In this document: positions 47,616-54,935 of the stretch, one piece after another
How the letters are laid out: each line of letters starts with the position of its first letter
Position numbering within the stretch: position 1 is the stretch's first letter
Assembly (NCBI GenBank): GCA_045568475.1
Contig: JBJLAY010000047.1
Span: forward strand, 1 to 54,935
Length of the DNA stretch: 54,935 nt
Source: Candidatus Poseidoniaceae archaeon
Lineage (GTDB): Archaea > Thermoplasmatota > Poseidoniia > Poseidoniales > Poseidoniaceae
Direction of reading: 5' to 3'
Position numbers and translations under genes: made by a program
Notes under the pieces: model-generated
Database searches by the model: none
What the model was told of the DNA's origin: nothing
Seen by the model: the letters and a program-made list of their open reading frames with translations, nothing else

Positions 47616-48779
47616 TTACTCAGGAGGGAATGTCAATTTCAACACATCATTTTCCAATTTCGCATTGACTTCACTAGCCTTTGCAGGGCGTGAAAATGGA
47701 ACAGGGTGTTCTCTAGAATTTATCCCAACATATACTGTACCTGATTCACTTCTCAATGAAAGGTCATCCCTGACAATGCCAGGTAAATGCAGTAACACAT
47801 CATCACCTTCTGCCCAAGTTCCTCTATGAACTTCCAAACCCAGACCGATACTAAATGGACCCAGTCCATTTGACACAGTAATCTCACCATGCAATTCTTT
47901 GCTAATACTCCTTAGGGATTCAAGACCATGGATATCTGTATCTTTGAGTTCCACTTCATGCAGATGTAAATCAGGTAATTGTGATTTTAGTGATTTCACA
48001 TTTGTTGCTTCGTTTTTTCTCCTAGTGCGGATGAAGTCATGATCTAAGTCAGGAGTCATACGGTTAATCACACACCCTGATACAGGTAACTCGAACTCAG
48101 CAAGTGATTCATGAGCTCGTACTGTCTCATTAATACCCATTTTTTCGGGAATAGTAACTAATGTGAAACGTGTAACATCCGGATTACATAGTATTCTACG
48201 GACATGCAGAACTCTTCGTCTGAACTTTTCAAGTTCTTCACGCATCTTCTCGCCATCTTTAGAACCAAACATCATAGCCCTAAGACCACCAGTTAGGCGA
48301 TGCATTTTGATAATTTTATCAGCCCACTTCTCGATTATCTCCGGTAATGCAAGGAATCTCAAAGTGTGGCCAGTAGGGGCGGTATCGAATACAATTACAT
48401 CCCAATCAGGGTTTTCAAGATGTTTCAATAACTCATCGAAAGCCATGGCTTCATCAAGTCCAGGCAGTACCATTTCTGATGCGTTTAAGTCCGGATCTTC
48501 ACCTCCCATTAGTGGGCCCAAAGTATCAGTCAATTTTGGAATATGGTCTGAAATTCTTGCTTCAGGGTCTAACTCCAGACCCCAAAGACCAGGCACACCT
48601 TCAACTTCAGTTGGTGACGAACTTAACTGAACCCCAAGACTATCAGAAGTACTGTGAGCCGGGTCGCTGCTAACAAGAAGCACCTTGAATCCTGAATCTG
48701 CTAATCCAACTGCAGTTGAAGTGGAAGTCGTAGTTTTACCAACACCACCTTTGCCACCGAACAACAGTAGTCGTGCCAT
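47616..48779 (-). CDS. ArsA/GET3 ATPase with C-terminal HSP20-like (alpha-crystallin) domain
   Basis: GKGGVGKTT, SSDPAHS, PGLDE, DTAPTGH; tail LHLPG..RDDLSL...AKLENDVLKLTF. Confidence 0.9.
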   Translation of the reverse strand: MARLLLFGGKGGVGKTTTSTSTAVGLADSGFKVLLVSSDPAHSTSDSLGVQLSSSPTEVEGVPGLWGLELDPEARISDHIPKLTDTLGPLMGGEDPDLNASEMVLPGLDEAMAFDELLKHLENPDWDVIVFDTAPTGHTLRFLALPEIIEKWADKIIKMHRLTGGLRAMMFGSKDGEKMREELEKFRRRVLHVRRILCNPDVTRFTLVTIPEKMGINETVRAHESLAEFELPVSGCVINRMTPDLDHDFIRTRRKNEATNVKSLKSQLPDLHLHEVELKDTDIHGLESLRSISKELHGEITVSNGLGPFSIGLGLEVHRGTWAEGDDVLLHLPGIVRDDLSLRSESGTVYVGINSREHPVPFSRPAKASEVNAKLENDVLKLTFPPE

Positions 48780-48833
48780 GTCACAGCGTCAAGTTGGCCA
48801 TATTCAAGCCTTAGGCTTACAAAACTCACTTCA

Positions 48834-49574
48834 ATGGTGATTATCAGGGCCACATGCATGGCAGCCTTAGCCCTATTCCAAGTCGCATCCATCCTTGCTT
48901 TAGTTGGCATGGGATTAGGATGGCGTGGAGTGATGACCAAATATTCAGGTTTTTACGATCTTCCAACGGCATGGAGTATGATGTTTTGGGGGATACTACT
49001 GGGCGGATTCTACGGGAAAATGGCGGATGAATTTATTCTATTACCGCTTATTTCTGAAGGAGGATTTCCTTTCACTAATTTCATCTTGTGCTTGGTACTT
49101 GGCGTCATAGTACACTTAATTCTTAGAAGAGAGCGAGTTAGAAAAACCGGATCTCAACCAACCACAGGGTGGGCATTAGGATTATCTGTCGGTGGAATGA
49201 TAGGAATGTATACGATTTATCGAGTCATAGAAAATGAGCCTGATATCTCAATTTTTTTGGTTATTACTGTAGTACTGATAGCATTGTTGAGCCCAAGAGG
49301 ACACGCACTAATTTTCAGTAGACATGGATATGAAATGTTACAAGATAAGAGATGGCGGGCTACATTCAAGACATTCGTTCTATGTTCTGTTTTCTTAGTA
49401 GCTCTGTACTCATCTATGTTTGATGTCCGGACATGGATATTTGTAATTCCGGTTCTTATGATTGCTGAAAGAAAGGCTCATGATTGGGTTTGGGCAGCTG
49501 TACCTAGGCCAGCAAGAAGAAGGCTTAGGCGAATATGGGCTGATGCTTCGCGGAATATAGTTGAAGAAGAGTAG
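48834..49574 (+). CDS. Hypothetical multi-pass membrane protein
   Basis: About 7 hydrophobic segments; start 48834 or 48858. Confidence 0.75.
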   Translation: MVIIRATCMAALALFQVASILALVGMGLGWRGVMTKYSGFYDLPTAWSMMFWGILLGGFYGKMADEFILLPLISEGGFPFTNFILCLVLGVIVHLILRRERVRKTGSQPTTGWALGLSVGGMIGMYTIYRVIENEPDISIFLVITVVLIALLSPRGHALIFSRHGYEMLQDKRWRATFKTFVLCSVFLVALYSSMFDVRTWIFVIPVLMIAERKAHDWVWAAVPRPARRRLRRIWADASRNIVEEE

Positions 49575-49687
49575 TAATTGACTACTTACAAAGGATACTA
49601 ATGAGTAATAATTCATTTATTTCTACAGTATTTTCACTTTTAGTGATGGGCAGAACCTTCATGGGGGTACCGCACAGGGAGACAACG

Positions 49688-51250
49688 ATGGGAACCTGTC
49701 CCTTCTGCCGTGCCCAAACCTTGCCGGGCGATTCGATATGCTACAGTTGTGGTAGGGTCATGACTGGCGCATCTGGAATGGATTCAAGAGCACGAGGAGA
49801 ATTTAACAGATCTCCTACCCGAAAGGCAAGAAAAGGTCGTGCTCCGAGACATGCTAGGAGTGAGAATAAAATTAGGAGGGGCGGAAAGAAGAAGAGAAGT
49901 AGAATCAACCAACTAGGATTGATTGCTCTCATTGCATTCGTATTCTTCACACCTGACGCAAAACAATTCGTTCTAGCTAAATGGGCTGAAATCGAAGATT
50001 ACATCAATGATGCTCTTGCACCACGCCAAATCTACCCATTGGAAGCAGATTATACAGTCATCAGAAGTATAGATTTGTGGAATAATGGTTCAGGTATTGG
50101 GCATCTCGAAGAATCGATACCTCTACCTGTTGATGTCACAAGTAACGAAGGAGGTGCAGTTGCACTAGCATTCTCTGATGGAACGGAAGTTGAGAAATCA
50201 AAGATTCAGGATATTCAATCTATGGAATTACGGATAGATGGCGACATTATCGATATACCAATAGAAGGGTTGCCAACAAAAAGTAAAGATCAGGCTGTAA
50301 TTACCTCCGATGGAAACCAAGTTTGGTGGCCAGGTAAGGGAGTGGGTTCAGATAAATGTCCTCACGGGCCTTGTGTACGCGTATCAATCGATGTCCCCGG
50401 CGGCACTCATGAGAGTGTTGATTTCGCTGTGACACTGAAATCCACTACACACACTTGGTGGCATTCAACCAAAATGAATGGAAAAATCGACGGGAAGTCC
50501 GAAGGAAATAGCCTATCTCGTTCAGGAACATTTGATGATATTGCAGATAGAGGAATGGGTTCTAGAGCAAACACATATGCTTCAACACAGTACTGGTATG
50601 ATAGAAATGATGGCGCCAACCCCTCAAACTGGGCTATAGATGGAAGACAACAAACAGCACCCACTGTTTACCAAACAGCTGCAAGTATCAAAGCATCATT
50701 ACCTAGTGATTTGAAAGACAATGTCTATGCATATGCTAGGGCAACTTTCGATTGGCTCAATGACAATGTACCTTATGATGTGAGTGCACCTAATGTCGCA
50801 AGAAGTGGAGAGCAATGTCTGGACACAGGAATTGGAGATTGTGATGAGCAGTCAAATGCATTCATGAGTATTATGCGTGTCCAAGGTGTCCCTACATGGT
50901 ATGTATTTGGAGCTCTAGCAGACCCACAATTCGAATCATGGCAAGGTCACGCTTGGGCTTACATCATGATCCCGATGTCGGATGAATGGTGTGAAGATAA
51001 TGGTGTGATTCTAGATACGTGCTATATTGAAGGCTCTGTAGATGTGGTTAATCACAAATGGCTAGTTCACACACCTACTGCGTACATAGATTGGGTCGAA
51101 AAGGCACCTTGGTCAAATGTTGACGGGTACTATTCCGGCGGTTCTATTTCGGGTAGTGATTTCAAGAGAGTTCGTTCGTTTACTACCGAAAGTTACGATG
51201 TATCCGGTGGAGATTGGGAAAATATCTGGGCTGGTGAAGATCTATCATGA
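49688..51250 (+). CDS. Zinc ribbon + TM + transglutaminase-like domain protein
   Basis: MGTCPFC...CYSC, basic linker, TM, then FDWLNDNVPYD, GDCDEQS, GHAW. Confidence 0.85.
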   Translation: MGTCPFCRAQTLPGDSICYSCGRVMTGASGMDSRARGEFNRSPTRKARKGRAPRHARSENKIRRGGKKKRSRINQLGLIALIAFVFFTPDAKQFVLAKWAEIEDYINDALAPRQIYPLEADYTVIRSIDLWNNGSGIGHLEESIPLPVDVTSNEGGAVALAFSDGTEVEKSKIQDIQSMELRIDGDIIDIPIEGLPTKSKDQAVITSDGNQVWWPGKGVGSDKCPHGPCVRVSIDVPGGTHESVDFAVTLKSTTHTWWHSTKMNGKIDGKSEGNSLSRSGTFDDIADRGMGSRANTYASTQYWYDRNDGANPSNWAIDGRQQTAPTVYQTAASIKASLPSDLKDNVYAYARATFDWLNDNVPYDVSAPNVARSGEQCLDTGIGDCDEQSNAFMSIMRVQGVPTWYVFGALADPQFESWQGHAWAYIMIPMSDEWCEDNGVILDTCYIEGSVDVVNHKWLVHTPTAYIDWVEKAPWSNVDGYYSGGSISGSDFKRVRSFTTESYDVSGGDWENIWAGEDLS

Positions 51251-52662
51251 GGGTAATAATTGGTGGGGGAGGCAGAGTAGGCACTGGCCTAGCTCGAGCT
51301 TTACGCAGTGAAGACAAGGAAGTTGTCCTTGTGGATAATAGTGCAAGGGCTGTCAAAAACTCTCAAGGTATGGATATTCTAGTATTACATGGAGATGTTA
51401 CTGATAGAATGAAATTTGTTGAGGCTGGTATCGAAACAACTCAAGTCTATGTTGCAGCAACAAACTCTGACGAAAGGAATATCCTTTCTTGTGCCTTAGC
51501 CAAACATGTTCATGCTGAAGAGACAAATGGCAAGGGTAAGTTGATGACAATTTGTCGTGTTAGGAATCCAATGTTTGTTGATGAATACAAATCTGGAAAG
51601 TTAGCAAAGTGGGCAGGTGTAGATCACGTCGTTCATCCAGTTGATGGTGCCATTGAAAGGCTAATGTCTGGGCTGAGGTCATCTTCTTTGACCGAAGTTA
51701 TTCCATTTGAAGCGGATGCTTACATCGTAGAACTCGATGTTAAATCAAAAGCTGGCGGAGTTGTTCATAGAACACTTAGAGAGTCTGGAGCAAAGGTCGA
51801 AGGTGGAATGCCGCTATTAGTGGGGCTGAAGCGCGACGGTATGCAAGGAAAGGTACCTACTGCTGATGACCAAATACTTCCAAATGACAGAGTCGCAATT
51901 GCTACTGCTGGTGAGTCATCATTCAATCGTATTCTGAGAATATTCGGACACGATCCAATTGATTTCCCAGATAATCCAAAGGTCGCAATTTTCGGAGCCG
52001 GTTTGATAGGCACAAGATTGGCTAAGGCATGGTTAGATGCAGAAGGAACTGTAACCGTAGTTGAAAGAGATTTAGAAAGAGCAAACAATTTGGCAGGATC
52101 AGACATTGGTAACCGACACGGTATAGAAATCATTCATGGTGACCACTTAGACAAGGATTTACTTTCGGAAATAGAGATAGGATCTCATGATATCGCAATA
52201 TCTGCATTAGATAATGACCACGCATCGATTGCAGCAGCCCTGCTAGCAAGTGACATGGGTGTCGAAAGGACTGGCCTGATAATGTATGATGCGGATTTAG
52301 TAAGTGTAGTTCGAAGGATGGGAATTACATTTTCAGTAGACAGGAAACGTGTTGCAATAGATTCAATTCTAGCCAGAATTCATTCTGAATTACCAGGCCC
52401 TTATGCAGTACTTTCAACAGTACCGGATGTAATTGGTATCTGTTTGCCAATCAATTCGAAAGTCAAATTTGCTGGTAAAACAATCGCAGATGCGGGTTTG
52501 CCTGAATGGTGTAAAGTTGCATTTATTCAAAGACAAAACATACATGATGAATGGGAAACTATGCGCCCCTCTTCTACAAAAACCATACTCGAAGGTGATC
52601 GCTTGACTATATTCTTGCCTCCTGATCGAGTTGATGATTTGGAAAAGAAATTCAAGGTGTGA
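51247..52662 (+). CDS. trkA: Trk system NAD-binding (double RCK) subunit
   Basis: Two Rossmann GxGxxG motifs (GGGRVG, GAGLIG), TNSDERN; upstream of trkH. Confidence 0.92.
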   Translation: MRVIIGGGGRVGTGLARALRSEDKEVVLVDNSARAVKNSQGMDILVLHGDVTDRMKFVEAGIETTQVYVAATNSDERNILSCALAKHVHAEETNGKGKLMTICRVRNPMFVDEYKSGKLAKWAGVDHVVHPVDGAIERLMSGLRSSSLTEVIPFEADAYIVELDVKSKAGGVVHRTLRESGAKVEGGMPLLVGLKRDGMQGKVPTADDQILPNDRVAIATAGESSFNRILRIFGHDPIDFPDNPKVAIFGAGLIGTRLAKAWLDAEGTVTVVERDLERANNLAGSDIGNRHGIEIIHGDHLDKDLLSEIEIGSHDIAISALDNDHASIAAALLASDMGVERTGLIMYDADLVSVVRRMGITFSVDRKRVAIDSILARIHSELPGPYAVLSTVPDVIGICLPINSKVKFAGKTIADAGLPEWCKVAFIQRQNIHDEWETMRPSSTKTILEGDRLTIFLPPDRVDDLEKKFKV

Positions 52663-52668
52663 TGAAAA

Positions 52669-54306
52669 ATGCGTCGAGACGTACTATCACTCATCGTCGG
52701 ATGGACGATGATGGCAATGATTATTCCATTGTCATTCAGTTTCATCATTACCTGGTGGCTTGACGGTTTTGGAACCGCCTCGGTTGCATTTTTGCTTCCG
52801 ATATTAATTTCAGGATTTGTTGGAGTTTCGCTTCTAAGCCTAGGGGTGCGTTCAGATACAACTCAAAGACTGAGAGATAGAGAAGCATTTGCAGCAGTTG
52901 CTTTAGCATGGCCAGTGGCTGTGTTCATTGGAAGTTTTCCGTTCTGGTTGGGTGGAGTATTTCATGGCCCATTCACCGATGGTTCGGAAATGTCCGACAT
53001 AGCAAGAGGGTTTGTCAACTCCTGGTTTGAATCTATGTCTGGATTTACTACTACTGGTGCTACTGTTATCGAACATTCGATGAGTCCGAATTGTATTCCA
53101 GGAACAACACCAGATTGTATTAACGCTCAACCAAAAGGGATTTTGATTTGGAGATCACTTACACAATGGCTAGGTGGCATGGGAATAATTATGCTAGGAT
53201 TAATGCTCCTTTCGAGAGTTCTTGGTGGTGGAATGGCTCTTGCACGTGCTGAGTTAACTGGTCCATCTCTTTCTCGCCTAAGGCCTAAGTTACAGCAAAC
53301 TGCAATCGCATTGTGGACTATTTACATCGTTCTAACCACATTGGAAATTCTTCTCTTGTGGGGCGTAGCCGACCTTACGATGTTTGATGCCTTTAATCAT
53401 GGATTAACCACTATGCCATCTGGTGGTTTTTCTACACATGATGCATCTATTGGCTACTATGATAGCTTCATTGTTGAATCAATAATCATATTTTTCATGT
53501 TCTTTGCTGGAGTGAATTTCACACTGATTTGGCTAGCCTGGGAAAGGCAATGGGACAAGGTGTTTGGTGACCAAGAAGGTCGTAGTTATGTTTTGTTAAT
53601 CTTAGTTACAACAGCATTTGTTTTCATTGCATTGATGTCACAAGGAAGTAATGTTGATGATGGTTTCTTTGATTCATTATTCACTGTAATATCTATAGGA
53701 ACTTCTACTGGATATACAACTACAGACTACATGATGTGGCCAGTAGTCACTCACATACTTCTATTTCTTCTGATGATTGTGGGTGCTTGCGCTGGTTCAA
53801 CAAGTGGTGGATTGAAGTTGATGCGAGTAAAACTTGCTCTCAAAATTGCATGGAGAGAAATTGGCAGAATCGCACAGCCAAAAAGAATTTTTAGAATCAG
53901 AATGAATAATGAGGTTGTTGAGAATGATCGACTTGGATTAATCATAGGTATGCTATTTGTTTGGACTGGAGTATTTGCATTATCTTGCATTCTATTGGCA
54001 GTTACAATGCCCAACTCTGATTTTGAATCGGTTGTAGCTGTAGTAGCTTCTGCATTGGGCAATACTGGACCAACTTTAGGGGACTATGGTCCGTCTAATA
54101 CCTGGGCTTCAATGGGTACTCCATCTTTATTGATAACATCTGTATTGATGTGGTTTGGACGACTTGAATTGATGACTGCTTTACTTTTGCTACACCCACG
54201 TACATGGAAGAGAGAAGAAAGAGAAGCACCAGACCGAGCATCGGTCAAGTTGATCAAGGAACTATTTGAAAAAATGGAAGATAAAGCGGTGGACAAAGAA
54301 AAATAA
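52669..54306 (+). CDS. trkH: Trk potassium uptake membrane subunit
   Basis: FESMSGFTTTG, QWLGGMG, GGFS, GSTSGG, LGNTGP, GRLE. Confidence 0.96.
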   Translation: MRRDVLSLIVGWTMMAMIIPLSFSFIITWWLDGFGTASVAFLLPILISGFVGVSLLSLGVRSDTTQRLRDREAFAAVALAWPVAVFIGSFPFWLGGVFHGPFTDGSEMSDIARGFVNSWFESMSGFTTTGATVIEHSMSPNCIPGTTPDCINAQPKGILIWRSLTQWLGGMGIIMLGLMLLSRVLGGGMALARAELTGPSLSRLRPKLQQTAIALWTIYIVLTTLEILLLWGVADLTMFDAFNHGLTTMPSGGFSTHDASIGYYDSFIVESIIIFFMFFAGVNFTLIWLAWERQWDKVFGDQEGRSYVLLILVTTAFVFIALMSQGSNVDDGFFDSLFTVISIGTSTGYTTTDYMMWPVVTHILLFLLMIVGACAGSTSGGLKLMRVKLALKIAWREIGRIAQPKRIFRIRMNNEVVENDRLGLIIGMLFVWTGVFALSCILLAVTMPNSDFESVVAVVASALGNTGPTLGDYGPSNTWASMGTPSLLITSVLMWFGRLELMTALLLLHPRTWKREEREAPDRASVKLIKELFEKMEDKAVDKEK

Positions 54307-54935
54307 TCAGAACAAAGTTTTCTGCCCTACGTCTTTTACCTCATCATCGATTTTCTCAACTTCTATTTCTTTGATTACTTCATCAATGGATTCAACTACT
54401 AATTCAGGTTCCATAATCAACTTCTCTAACTCTTTTGAATAGCGCTCCATCAAGTCCTTAGTAGAACGATGAGATACTTTGAGCCCACAAATTGCGGCAT
54501 GTTCTTCAGGAGAGAGTTGTAATGCGAGTGAAATCGAAAAATCTTCACTATTTTCAGACTGGACTGCTACTAGTGATGGCAAAAGTTCCTCACGAACTGC
54601 CTTAATTGAACAACCACATGTCTCAGCAAGGCGTTCTACAACTGAACGCTTAACCCAAGATGATCCTCTTCTTAGGAACCCAGGATATGTACAGAAAATC
54701 CTACCTTCAATAGGTTTAGAGGATGTTACACTAGCGGATAATCCCGCTAGATTAGATGACCAATACCATGAACGGTGAGCTGTATTTCTAAACCTAGTTG
54801 TGAGCAAAGTATCAGCTAATGACAGAGATGATGATCCTCTTCTTACTGCTTTGTTATCTGTGAAAACAACACCATTATTCCATGAAATCCAAGCAACCAT
54901 ATCATCAGGGCTTTTGTCTAGAGAACGTGTCGCAG
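54307..54935 (-). CDS. rfcL: Replication factor C large subunit; C-terminal part, runs off window end
   Basis: Frame open to the window edge (ATRSLDKSPDDMVAWISWN...LSLAD...WYW...VREELLP); ends in PIP-box-like QKTLF. Confidence 0.75.
   Translation of the reverse strand, partial: ATRSLDKSPDDMVAWISWNNGVVFTDNKAVRRGSSSLSLADTLLTTRFRNTAHRSWYWSSNLAGLSASVTSSKPIEGRIFCTYPGFLRRGSSWVKRSVVERLAETCGCSIKAVREELLPSLVAVQSENSEDFSISLALQLSPEEHAAICGLKVSHRSTKDLMERYSKELEKLIMEPELVVESIDEVIKEIEVEKIDDEVKDVGQKTLF

Noticed and set aside
47616-48779. Arsenic resistance locus
   Set aside because: No arsB/acr3/arsC/arsR/arsD nearby, and no metalloid-binding Cys set.

Overview
Gene-dense archaeal chromosomal window. Gene content (Kae1, Tsr3, aMBF1, PAN, PriS, SRP54, RFC-L, archaeal ProRS) and style point to Thermoplasmatota, most likely Marine Group II/Poseidoniales; this assignment is inference. 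It holds about 45 CDS and one tRNA-Val(GAC), with no CRISPR, integrase or transposase. Modules: folate-linked histidine degradation (hutI, hutH, long-form hutU, formiminotransferase, cyclodeaminase) flanking an FdhD/FdhF-YdeP/MFS operon; futalosine menaquinone genes (mqnA, mqnD, mqnE); split transketolase plus transaldolase; OPT, P-type ATPase, CNNM and TrkAH transporters. Top findings: (1) a half-length protein closely resembling eukaryotic deoxyhypusine hydroxylase (DOHH), a candidate homodimeric archaeal aIF5A hydroxylase; (2) a 28-bp dif-like Xer site next to tRNA-Val; (3) priS apparently starting at ATT; (4) a non-canonical TT(C/G)A promoter element about 30 nt upstream of many starts; (5) five convergent gene pairs whose stop codons abut with 0 bp between them; (6) a zinc-ribbon/EF-hand membrane protein and other eukaryote-like small domains. 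Family calls come from motif recognition, not database searches.
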